Part shown: in pieces, positions 1 to 12,200 of the stretch | Position numbering within the stretch: the stretch's first letter is position 1 | How the letters are laid out: every line of letters begins with the position of its first letter | From: Klebsormidium nitens | Taxonomy: Eukaryota; Plantae; Klebsormidiophyceae | Direction of reading: 5' to 3' | Assembly (NCBI GenBank): GCA_000708835.1 | Contig: DF237178.1 | Coordinates: 1 to 64,000, forward strand | DNA length: 64,000 nucleotides | Position numbers and translations under genes: made by a program | The notes under the pieces: generated by a model | Seen by the model: the letters and a program-made list of their open reading frames with translations, nothing else | The model's database searches: none | Told to the model about the DNA's origin: nothing

Positions 1-1046
1 CGTGTAGTGATTCGATATATCAAATAAGTCGATAGCGTATAATAACGGACGATGCGCGGCCGCGAGTTTGGTGCGCAGCCAGAAGTCGGTACGCAGTCGT
101 GCCGTTACATCCTTGCAGGCCCTCCATCTTGCTCTGAACAGTGAGATGCTCAGCTCTGCACTTGACTCTTGAGCTGCAGCCAGGCTGCAGCCTGTTCACT
201 ACATAACTTACAAGACGCACAGAAATATTGCAAATCTTTTTTGCTTTTCCCTGCAGGTGTGACGGAGTAGTTACGGTGGCAGCTTCAAGATCGCGTGCGC
301 GGGCGGGCCCCGGTTCGAATCCCCGTTGGAGCAAGCGGGGCTGCATCCTTAAGTTCTGCAACACCCGCAGCGCACGGCAATCAAAATCGACGTCGGAGAT
401 TACTCCCTGCCAAATGCAGCTGTTCCGTAGCCGCAGCATCGAAAAGTCTGTTTAACGAACCTTCACTAGTCGGCGACATTCGGCGGCTTTACCGATCAGG
501 TCTCTTTAGGCTTCTATTTCCCGAACCGAATCTTAGGCGAAACTAGGTTAAGTTCAGGCCTCGGATTAGGCTACCAAATTCGCCGATAACGCCTAAACAT
601 TCCGCGCGTGCTCTGGTAAGTGGTCGGCGGTTATTAGGCTTCACACGCCTAATCATTCGGCGTCTAACTTCCTCACAGTGATATATATATCGCGTGGATC
701 GGATTTGTATTCTGCCAAATTTTGAGATACAAAGTTCATCAACAAGGCCAAACGCATAATCCTGGTTGGAAGCGCGGTGCCGCGCGGCCGCGGCGGCCGA
801 GCTTGCCGCCGCGCACGTCGGACCAGGCTAAGCTGAGCTGGGGCCGCGCGCGCGCGCCGCGGATAAACTTGAAGAGTCGTGACAGCGCCGACCGTACCGT
901 GTCCAGGGTTTGGCTAATGCTATCGGACGGTCTGAATGTGGTTGTACCTGAACCACGTGCGACCCAAGCTTAGGCATGGACTCCTCTGAACTTACTTTAA
1001 AGTTACGCTGATTAGAGTTACACCCCCTGAGCGGGCCCTGACAGTT

Positions 1047-1696
1047 AGGGTACCGTCATTTTGTAGCTGGTACCCCCCCATAGATATTTGGGGGGGAGGG
1101 ACCCGAGGCTACGCAAAGGAAGTCTGGGCCTCCTTGGGGGGGTGGCCTAGGGTCGGTGCAGCCACAAGAAGCCGGAGGGGGGGGGGGCTTGAGGCCTGCG
1201 CCGAATGCGCCAGAGACGGCCATAATATCTTCTCAAAATGCCCAAAAACACTGAGATCTGTTCAGCTGCATGCTTGTTCATAAAAGCAAAATGACATCAG
1301 ATTCTTACTAGACTCAACTGGACTGTCATTCTGAACTCCCTCTATAATCAGGGCCATTTTGATCTCCAAATAAATATACCGTATGATCATTGACATGTAG
1401 GGTATAAGAAGCAATGAGCAGGTCTTCGTCTTTAAAACGGCCATGCCAGTAGAATATATTAGCAGGCTGCAGGCCCAAAACCCGCAAAACAATACCGCAC
1501 ATTTGAATGTTGCAACTTGCAAGCAAGAGTTCATATGGTATATTGGGGGAACCATCCTAGATAGGCTCTGGCTGCGTTTGGCTGCTTGAGGCCTGGTGGC
1601 CCCGCAGGGGCCCCCCGGGGGGCTAGGGTACTAGGCTCGTCAAAAAAGGGTCGATTTATCACTAGGGGGGTACCAGTTACAAAATGACGTTACCCT
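1047..1696. mobile_element. Non-autonomous TIR DNA transposon (MITE-like / possible PIF-Harbinger deletion derivative)
   Basis: 32-bp terminal inverted repeats with 2 mismatches: AGGGTACCGTCATTTTGTAGCTGGTACCCCCC (1047-1078) and the reverse complement of 1665-1696. If the ends are GGG...CCC (1048-1695), the flanks are TTA and TTG, close to a Harbinger TWA target duplication. An internal minus-strand fragment WHGRFKDEDLLIAS...VYLFGD loosely resembles the Harbinger DDE motif WxGxxxD...S...LxGD. Confidence 0.7.
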
Positions 1697-1899
1697 TGTC
1701 AAGAGTTTTATCTGGGACACCGTTGACCAGCAACTTGACACTTGGCTTCCGCTCGTCAGCTCTCGCCGCCACTCGGGATTCGCGCTGGGAGGATTCAGGT
1801 TCACTGTATCTCCACACTCTTCGAGAGAAGCAGAGAGGAGGAACATGGTGTTTTGTCTCTAGCCTCCAGGATTTGGCCATGGTTGCCCCTCAATTTTCA

Positions 1900-2900
1900 G
1901 TTTTGGCTCCTCGCACTTCTTCTTGGACGAGATATCAGCACTCTGGGGAGGCGGGAGGATTGCTCAGCATTCCTTGATACAGTAAAAGCGGAGACGTGTT
2001 TGAGATAGCTAGCAGTGTGGCGCTCCAGGGCGTTCGGCAAAAGCTCCGTTGTAAGACTGCTGCGAAGGTCCTCAGCTCTGCTTGGGAGCTATACATCTAG
2101 CTTGTGATCCTCGCACAGGTCTTTCTGCAAACGCATGAGTAGCACAGGCATTGACGGTCTCCAGTTTGCCCAAATGTTGCTTATTCTCGTTCTGTAGCTC
2201 ACCCCTTCATCTTGGACACCAACTAATGGTCACCAACTACTGCTGATACCTCACAACTGGTCATGTGGGGCCAGTCAGGGACAGAGGCAGTCAGCATTGC
2301 ACATACTGAGCCGAAGTGTAACTTTTAAGGTGCGCCTGCGATGTTGAGACTCCCCTTCTACTGGTTGGTTGGGTAATATTGTTGCAACACCTTGCATATA
2401 GACTTGCATAAACTATGAAAGAGATCTTTGCTCGTTATCTTTCTTCTAGCATGCTCTTGGATCGTCCACACTCTTGAGACTTCGTCAGACACTCTGGAAG
2501 GGGCAAGGTAGAGCCGCATGCACTTGATGAGCTCATGAGATCTAGGAGTCAAACATTTTTCCTTCTGAACTTATCTCTCTTCCACGATAGACCGTCTTTG
2601 CGAAAGCAGCTCTGTCATGAGTACACTGGTCATTGAAACAAGGTCTTTCTGAATTTCAGTGGGGTGCTGTCAGCTCTGTCAATTATCATACTTAAGCTGC
2701 CTCAGGTTCAAAGTATCTGGTTGCCTTGATGCAAGCGTCCTTCGCATAATCATTGGCTGTTGCACTTGATTGTGGCCAGATGATCCTTCAATTGGACCTC
2801 ATTCTAAAGAGGATGAAACCTCCTTTGGTAAAGAGCTTTCAAAAGTAGTTGCACACGTCAGCTGTTAGCGAGCCTGTTTTGGGACAGAGCTCAGCTGAGA
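1900..2900 (-). pseudogene. Decayed coding-like tract, family unknown (probable TE/gene relic)
   Basis: CpG-poor relative to neighbouring exons. One minus-strand frame reads as protein-like runs broken mainly by TAG/TGA stops. No family recognised. Confidence 0.2.
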
Positions 2901-3272
2901 TCCCTGACCTGCATGAGAGTAAAGCTTGAGCAATCTGATCAGTGACACCAGGGAGACGAAGAAACAATCATTAAAAGATGAAGGCCTCGTCTTCTTCGCC
3001 GTAACTGCGCAGCTTTTTTATCTTTGCCATCTTAACTTTTTTTTTGCTCGCATTGCATTGGAACCGCCACATGATTATGCGGTTCATGAACGCTCCCCAA
3101 TTCTACACTACGGCCCAGCTTATGGGGTGTCATCAGAGGCCCCAGCTGATGGAAAAGATTGCAAAAGAAGTTTCAAGATCTCTCTCATACTCCTCTTTTT
3201 CCAGGGTACTTAGGTTCCGTACCGTTCGAAAGGGCATCCCAAAGTATTGTGTGTCGCGCACGATTTTCTTCC

Positions 3273-6200
3273 ATGGCGGAAGAACCCACCCAGGCGCCAG
3301 CAGGTTCGGAGGGACAGGAGGCCCGCTTTGGTGTCACTGCTGATGAGCTCAGCAAATTGTCAGCAGATGGTGGCATTGAGTATCTTCAACACCTGGGCAG
3401 GGTCAGTTCTGTCTTCCCTTGCGGCTGTCTGATTGAATGCATCAGTTGGTTTTGAGCATCCGCTTGAGCACCGAAGCTCCTTTTCTACTGCACTTGATGC
3501 CGCTTGTTGTCCTATGCGACTTGTACACTCATTTTTCGCCTATCACAAGTGTTGTTCTTGCTAACCAATGATAATGTTCACAGGTTTCTGGTTGTAACCG
3601 CGTAGAAAAGAATGTTCTTTTCCGCAGGTTGAGGCGTTGGGGAAGAAACTGCGCACAGATTTAGAGGGTGGCCTCCCTGGCACAGAGGACGATCTCCAGC
3701 AGCGGCGGGATGCGTTCGGCACCAACACATTTCCTGAGAAACCCACAAGGAGCTTGCTTGTAAGTCTTTCGGGTGTCACAAGGGCATCTGTTGCAAAAAA
3801 GTCGTAACGAGAGTTGACTGGTGGAAGTTTGTGTAATTTTCAGAGTGTGCGGGAAGAGCTTGGAGGGTACCCAAAGAACGTGCCTGCCCTTTCACGTGAA
3901 TTTTGACCTAACGCTTTGTCTGAAGTTGCTTTCGAGGTTTTGAAGGCAGCGCTTTTTGAATGAGGCTTTCGAGTTCTCTTGATCTCTTGATGACACTTCC
4001 AACAATTATGCTTTCGTCACTAATCTTCATTATCAAATCGATCGTCCTACCTGCGGGCTCTCTCTAAGCTACTCTGTCACTAAAAAGACTACCAGGAGAC
4101 TCGTCCATCTAGATTGCTCCCCTGATCATCCGTCTCCTCAACTTTCTTGTTGCCTGCTTTGTTCCCCCTTTTCCTCTTCCTTTTTTCACCTCCTCATGAC
4201 TAGAGCATGGGATTGCCCATCTATTTACTTTCAGACGACTCACAACATCTTCGTTTTCTTACGCAGTCCTTTCTCTACGAGGCAATGCAAGACACGACGC
4301 TCATCATTCTGGCAGTCTGCGCCGTTGTTTCTCTGGGCGTAGGCCTGGGAACTGAGGGGGTGGAGTCCGGCTGGTATGACGGGGCTGGAATCGTCTTTGC
4401 GATTGTCCTGGTTGTTTTGGTCACAGGTACGATTTTATCCACTCCGGAGGTTCTGGGCACAGGCGCGTCTCTCATTAACGGAATTGTCAGGGTTTTAGGA
4501 TCTTAGGGTTTCGAAGTCGCTCAGGAGAATGGATTGTTAGGCTTCTGGGTACTCAGGATATGGGGCCTCCAGGGGTTCCAGCCCTTCTGACAATTCGTGT
4601 CCTCTTGTCCTCTCAGAAGGTCCTAAGCCTTCGATCCAGCTGAAAGCAAGCGCTTTCACTTTCTTCTCCTTTTTGGGTGATCACTTCCTCTGCCTTACAA
4701 CGTTAGTCAGTCCTCGGTGCTTGCTGACAAATGAAAAGGTTGGTTTCACCTTCTGGGCGTCAGCTTGGATCGGTAAAGAACAGCAAGCGACACGCTAGTG
4801 GTCGCCTAGAACGGGACAGTTGTCCGATTGCTTAGGCCGACGAGTATGTCGGAAGTAGCACTCAAAACAGAGGGGATGAACGAAAATCGTTTAGACTGTC
4901 TGTGAAGGACACGACGTGCTCACCGGTTGAAAATCAACGACGTGCTCACCGGTTGAAAACTAACATAAAGAGCACCTTCTGGATCGACTTGCAATTTTAG
5001 CCAAACGTTTTCCTCTGACTCGGCATAGTATAATCATCAATAAAAGAAGTGCGCTCCCACTTTTTTTAGGCGTCAATAACTACCGGCAGGCGGGCCAGTT
5101 CCGCGACCTCAACGCGGAGAAACGGAAGATCATGCTCCAGGTCAGCCGGGGCGGGCGGCGGGTGCGGGTATGCATATACGACCTCGTGGTCGGGGACATT
5201 GTGCACTTAGCCATCGGGGATCAGGTGAGAGCCCACACTAGTATTCCGGAAAATTGCGGACTCTTGATTACTTGGATATGCTAGGCTTCGAGACTGAAGT
5301 GGCGTTCTCAAGTTGCTTGGTCATTCACGCTTTTAGCAGGGACTCTAAAGTATCACAGCAATGGACAGTCGACAGAGAAACAGAGCAGCGAGTGACTTCC
5401 ACAAGTAGCTTCGCCCTTAACCCAATTCGTTCGAAGGGCATACCAGACACAAACCACGTTCCCTTGGTAGACGGGCATTTGAACAACTACAAACCAACCT
5501 TGGTTATCGCGATCTCTTCAGTTCAGTGTCCCGGAGTTGCGAGTAACGTTCCCAAAGTAACCGCCGGACCAACAGTACTTCAACCAGCCTCGATTAGCGC
5601 AAGTTTTCCCCCTACTTATTCATTCAAAATCCGCCCACGACCAGCTTCGACAGTCCTTACGCAAGGCGTTCGTATGTGGTCATCGGCCACTTCCTCGATG
5701 TTCACTTCCCTTCCCCTGACTCGCTGAGGGTTTTTCTGACACGACAAAACGGACGGTCCGCAGGTCCCTGCGGACGGCGTTTTCGTGTCCGGCCACTCCC
5801 TGACCGTCGATGAGTCGAGCATGACCGGTGAGAGCGACCCCGTGCACAAGGACGCCGGACACCCGTTCCTGGTGTCCGGCTGCAAAGTCTCGGACGGTTT
5901 CGGACGCCTCTTGGTGACCGCGGTCGGGATGCGGACGGAGTGGGGCAAGGTCATGGCGACGCTGAACGAGAGCGAGGAGCAGGAGACGCCGCTGCAGGTG
6001 ATGCTCCACATTTCTGCACTTCCGTTTTCACAGCTGTGGGTCGAGTACTGGTTCATGACGCGTCCGATTCCGGGAGCTTGGATATTGATGTCAAGAAAGA
6101 ACGTGTATGAGAGTTTTTAGTTTTCATCTGAATCAGTCAGATAAGTCTGCTTATCAACTGACGCGGTAGGTGAGAGAACACTGAAGAGCAAAAAACAAGG

Positions 6201-9200
6201 TTACTGATATCTTCCAAAGCCAAAGGCTGTCTTGGATACTGAAACAACGATATTTAGAGCGCGGGTAGTTGGCTGACGAGATCCTAATCGTTGTCTCTTC
6301 GTCAACATTTTTTGTGGATATCGGAGACAGTCATGTTTTTCTGACACAGAAATAGTATCATCTGGATTGCAACGGCTCCCAGATCGAATTCCTCCTCACT
6401 CATTTGATCGAAGCATCTGAGCAGTGCACGAAACTAACGATTCTCAAAGCCTTCATCCGTTTGCAGGCGCGGCTCAAAGTGGTGGCCACAGTTCTTGGGA
6501 AGCTGGGCCTGACGGTGGCGGCACTAGTATTTCTGGCACTCATGATCAGGTGGGGGCTCTTTTCCTTTGGCGCTGGTTGCCTCAACCAACAGCAAAGTCT
6601 TCCGCTTCCCTCGTGAGCTATGAAAGCTCTTTCAGTCGTCTGTTACCGAATCATGGCCGGTTTGCCCCTTTTTTTCCGACACTCTCTCTCTTTTCAGTTG
6701 CTTCGACGGTGGTTGACATCGATTCCACCCCTGAGCGCACAAGTAGACATTCGAAAACTATAAGGACGTTCCCACAGCACCCAACAGAGTGAAGTGTTCC
6801 GAGAGCGACAGGCCGAAACGTTGGCTTGTCCAATTGGCAAGGGACGACGTGAACCAGTCTGCCGAAAGGTCGTTTGGCAGCCGCAGGCTTACAACAGTCT
6901 CTGATGTCCTTTTACTCTGTCTAGGGGTCCTTTGAAGGTCTGCCGCTCCCTTCATACTGCACTGTAGCATGCTAAACCTCATTCGAGTTCCTGTGTCGAC
7001 ACAACGCAATCCGAGGATACAACAGAACAATTCAAGGAGCGTCTTCTTGCTTACACTCTTTGCCCAGCCGTCTGCCGAAGCTATACACGATGACATCTTC
7101 TCCAATTTCTCGTAGCAAACAGTTTGGCAGACAGAACCGAAGACCTACAAGGAGCAAGGATAAGACTTGTCAAAAGTCTATTGCTGACGGTGTCTGTTCA
7201 TTCCGTTGCTTCAGATGGTTCGTGCAGAAAAACAAATTGGCAACGCAAAAGTGGAACCCATTCCCTAAAATAGTAGAAGCACCACGGATTGGGTGCCATG
7301 CTGACATTCTATGCCCACCCAAAACGACCCAGGCTGTTCACGACTACATACATACTTTCTCAGCTCATATAAAATACAAACCCGCAAACAGAACGGAAGG
7401 CCAACAAGGACTATATGTAATCTCAGCTCATGTGTGAAACAAATCGGTAAACAGAACGGAAGGCCGACAAGGAATGTGTGTTACCTCCACCAGTTGCTGA
7501 ACAAATCCGCAAACAGAACGGAAGGCCCACTAAGATGAAACGAGAAGAGGTTCCGGAAATTTATGCTGACGGTTTGGAGACATTCCGTTTTTTCAGATGG
7601 TTCGCGACCACCGACTTCCACAACTTCCGCGGCAAGGACCTGCAGCAGATCGTCAACTTCTTCGCGATCGCCGTCACCGTCGTCGTCATCGCCGTTCCGG
7701 AGGGGCTGCCCCTGGCCGTCACGCTGACGTGAGCTGACGTCATCCGGGCTGGACTGAGCGGTTGCTTTGTGGCCCCATGTGTTCCTGTGAGAAACCATGA
7801 AATGTGACGTTTGTAGGGTGGTCACACAATCGACTGATCCCAGACAATCTGAAAGTGGCTCCCCGACGGATTCGTTTCAAGTAATGCTGACGAAGCTAAG
7901 CTGGGATCTTTGGGCTTAAGTGTTGGACACTTCCTCGTCCTTTCAACTCTATCAGCGTGTTCTATCGAAAGGGCGCTTTGGAAAGCCAGTTCCGTTTCCG
8001 CTGTTCCGCAGGCTCGGCTTGGTGGCAGGTGACGGCTTACGACGTTCTGTCGTTCGAAGTTTATACTTTGTCAGTCTTTTCTAGCTTATCAATGTTGACA
8101 GCACGTAAAAGCCGTCCCGGTTCCGCTGTTCCGCAGGCTGGGCTACTCGATGCGGAAGATGGCGGACAAGGCCCCGGTGTTGTAACAGTCAAAATTGTTT
8201 TGAGTTGGTCCTATATTGCCGCGATTGAAGGGAAGTATGGAGAACCAGTTCCGGTTCCGCTGTTCCGCAGGCTGGGCTACTCAATGCGGAAGATGATGGC
8301 GGACAAGGCCCTGGTGCGACACCTGGCCGCCTGCGAGACCATGGGGTCCGCCACCACCATCTGCAGCGACAAAACCGGCACGCTCACGCTTAACCAGGTG
8401 CGTAAACCCAAAACGGTCTTCGAAATTCCACCAGGGAAGAGAAAGCCTTGAAGTTCAAGCGTAAACCTGTGTCAGACGAGAGTCAGGCTTTATCCAGTTG
8501 TTCAAAAGTTCAGGGAAGTGTGAGTAGTATGCTGCTTTAGAGGGGCGTCATCGTTTCAAGCCTTGCTGCAAGAACTTCGTGCGGCCAAGCTTGCCAACCG
8601 AGCAGTAATGGTTGTGACACTTGCTCGGTGAATCCGTTCTGATCTCGTCTCCTCCTTGCTCGTAGAACCGGTACAAGTTGCCTTTCTTCCAGATCTTGTG
8701 GAGCTTGAACAAGCGCCTTCCTTTTGCAAATGTGGAAGGGAGCAAGCCAGTCTGCATCCAGAAGCATTAGGTAGGTTTTATTAACGATATCAGAAGCCGA
8801 ACGAAACGCTGACGCCGTCCAATCTTTTTGCCCCGCAGATGTCCGTGGTAACCAGTTGGGTGGCTGGCAAGCGTCGCGACGTGGAATCGACGGCTGTGGA
8901 GCTCCGACGGCCGGCGATGGACGTCCTGCTGGAGGGCGTGTTCCAGAACACGAGCGGAAGCGTCTTCCAGCCGGAAGGCTCAGCGGAACCGGAAGTCACC
9001 GGAAGCCCCACCGAGACAGCGGTCCTGGCGTGGGGTCTTAAGGTAAGGTATCGAACCTCTTGGCGAGTCGTCGTCGTTTGGAGCTAGCTTAGAATTGCTT
9101 ATGCAAAATGAGCGATTTGTCAGCAAAGGGCTTTTGACACTTCGCTCATTGGCAGGCATACTGCATAGAAAGCGGGCTGAGCTTGGCTGTTTAAACTTCA

Positions 9201-12200
9201 TCGCTTTTGGAACTTCTTGTCCCCGTTTCTGAGTTGCAATAGTTTGCCGTTAGCAATAGACTGGTGCGAGGCAACCCCGTCCTATCCATATCGGCTGACG
9301 TAGTCTCGCTTTGCCGCAAATATGGGAATAATGACTACTCTGCCCTTGCATCTGATTCTGATCGATTTCATTTCGCAGTTGGGTGGCAGTCCCGGCAAAG
9401 TGAAGGGGCACTCGCGCGTGTTGACAGTATCATCCTTCAACTCCTTAAAGAAGCGGATGGGCGTTGCTGTAAAGGACAGCGCGGGGAGCGTTAGAGTGCA
9501 CTGGAAGGGCGCGGCGGAGATCATAGTCGAGGAGAGCGCGCACTTTGTGGATGAGACGGGAACGCTGCAGGTTGTGACTGACGAGAAGGTGGGGTCATTT
9601 TCCTTCTGAGAGTCTTCTTCTGTTCTCTTTGATGGTCTACTTAGTACTCGTTCTTACTTCTTTCTGCTTTACTTGTCATCGAGGTGATGAGAGATATCCT
9701 TCAAGAAGGAGTGCAAGGTGTTGAGAGATATTCTTCGAGAAGGAGTGCAGTACTGCTGTCGCATACTGAACTCGGGCTCTGGTCTATTCGTTCGTGTGCC
9801 CCATCAAGACCTTGGCTTTTCTAGCGCGTACGTCGCCGAGCTCTGAGTTTGCTTCTCAAAAGCGTGCTCAACGTGAAAATTGGTCACACTTCTGCACTTG
9901 CTACTTTGCTGCTTCAAAACCCTGTACTCGTCATCCTCGGGACGCCGCTTACAAATACCTTCGTATCTGAAGGCAGCTGCGCTAAGGAGAACTGATTCTG
10001 CGCTGAGCAGAAAATTTCCACGGTCTGGAAAATCGACGTGATCGAACACGTAAAGAACCGCACAAATCTCAAGCTCTCGTTTCTTCCCTCCAGAGAGCCG
10101 AGCTCAACCAGGTGATCGACGACATGGCCCAACGCAGCCTGCGCGCGCTCTGTCTCGCTTACCGAGATTTGAGCGCGCGCGAGCACCCAGAGAGCGAGGA
10201 CGACTTTGAGCGGTGGGCGATCCCCGAGGGGGGGCTCACCTGCTTAGCAATCGTAGGCATCAAGGACCCCCCCAGACCGGGGGTGCCGGAGGCCGTGGCG
10301 AAGTGCCAAGCAGCGGGAGTCATGGTGATGACAGCCGCTTAATATTCCCGTGATCAATGTGCTTATTGCCTTCGAGATTAGTGTCGTTTGCAAGTTATGT
10401 GGTACTCTGGCATGGTCGATAGTAGAGAAGAGAACTGTTTTCGTTGTCCTCTTTTTGCGCCCGGCCACTCGCCGTGGTTGAATGACATTATGCTGCGTTC
10501 TGAGCTCATCGCACTGGAAGAGTAGCGATCCAACAAGTTCCGTTTGGAGCTCGCTAAGTTACCTTTGCAAAGCGTCACCTGTCTCCAATCATGATCTTCC
10601 TTGAAAGGGACAGGATTCAGGCTCTGAGCCCAGGCCGTGAGCGCCTACCATCTACCATCTTCTGACACGGTGTAGCAACTGGCTCACCCTTACTCCGAGT
10701 CGCTGCTCCGAAACAATATGCTTCTCAACCATTACATCGTAACCCTCAAAAGCAAACAGGACTACGTGATGCCTGCGGCATCCTCACGCCCGGGGGGCTC
10801 GTAACGAGTTCTGCGATTTTTAACCTAGTTCCTAACCCGCTAATCTTTTTTCCGCCTAGGTCCGTATGGTTACGGGCGACAACCTGGCGACCGCCAAAGC
10901 CATCGCCGCCGAGTGCGGCATCCTCACGTCCGGGGGGGTCGCCATGGAGGGCCGCGAGTTCCGAACGCTCCCCCCTGCAGCGCAGCGCGAAATCCTACCG
11001 ACCCTGCAAGTGCTCGCGCGCTCTTCTCCGACGGACAAGCACACGCTCGTGAAGCTGCTAAAGCGGTCGGGGGAAGTGGTCGGGGTTACCGGTGACGGGA
11101 CGAACGACGCGCCCGCGCTGAGGGAGGCGGATATTGGGTTATCGATGGGGTTATCCGGAACGGAGACGGCCAAGGAGAGCTCGGACATTGTAATTCTGGA
11201 CGATAACTTTGCGTCGTGCGTCAAGGTGGGGGAACGGAAACGTCCGGATGGATCCAAAGCTCAGCACTGAGATTGGTTCAAAGGGGAGCTCCGGACGCTG
11301 TAACTTCGGACAATGGTTTGCGTCGTGATGCCAGTCGATTGGACCGCAGAGCTGTGTTGGGTGTGGAAGCTTTGGGTGCTGACCTCAAAGGCGAAGGGTG
11401 GCATCTCGCGGTGCAATCAGAGGACCCGGCAACCGCTTTTCTCCCATGGAACGCGTCGTCTTAGCTTGGCCATGAAGCTCAGTAGAGACTCTCAATTCTG
11501 CTCGTGCGAACCCTCCGGTGCTATCCGGTGGCCAGACGCCGCACGTCGTTTCAGCCCATTTTCGTTTCAGCTTGTACAGGAATCTTTGTTCAGCTCTTCG
11601 ACCGTCTTTTCTCCATTAAGTTCGAGCCTGTCACTCCAAGGGATAGCGGCTTTTTCCAGCGGACACATCACAAGATCCTCCGTTCTCGTTCGCTCTGCAG
11701 GTGGTGCGGTGGGGCCGCAGCGTGTTCGCCAACATCCAGAAGTTCGTGCAGTTCCAGCTAACCATCAATGTGGTTGCGCTAACCGTGAACTTCGTGTCCG
11801 CGGTCGCGTCCGGGAGCGCGCCACTGACCGTTGTCCAGGTGAGCCCCGGACGTCCGTTTCCTTCATAAAGGCAGACCTCTTGTCCTCTTGTCAAATTATG
11901 ATTCTTTGATTAGACGGTAAGTCGTTAATTGCAGTCGGGTTCGGAAAGCCAGACGTACATTCATCCTACTATCATGTCTTCGTACTTCCCATGCCTCCGC
12001 CGTCTCTTCCTTAGAAATTTATTCTCGTCCAAAGACTGAAAGCACGGTTACTTATTTTTAAGCACACAAGGAGATCAGACGTAGCGACGATATGCGCCGC
12101 TGGGTACTTTTTGACCTCTTGAATCTTCCTTCTTTCTCTTTGCAGTTGCTGTGGGTCAATCTGATTCAAGATACGCTAGGCGCTCTGGCGCTGGCCACAG

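Noticed and set aside
252-335. tRNA-like sequence (A-box-like TGACGGAGTAGTT, CTTCAAG loop suggesting tRNA-Sec, GGTTCGAATCC B-box)
   Set aside because: The acceptor, anticodon and T stems do not base-pair. At best a decayed tRNA-derived SINE head; tRNAscan-SE/Infernal would be needed.
20-455. Overlapping ORFs at the window start (139 aa minus; 75 aa plus after an acceptor-like tract)
   Set aside because: No recognisable homology and no supporting splice partner within the window.
465-670. Clustered TTAGGC/GCCTAA and ATTCGGCG motifs suggesting TE subterminal repeats
   Set aside because: No matching terminus or TSD could be identified, so no element can be delimited.
7386-7527. CRISPR-like appearance of a 17-bp repeat with ~46-bp spacers
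   Set aside because: The spacers are similar to each other, the array lies in a eukaryotic intron, and there are no cas genes: it is a degenerate tandem repeat.
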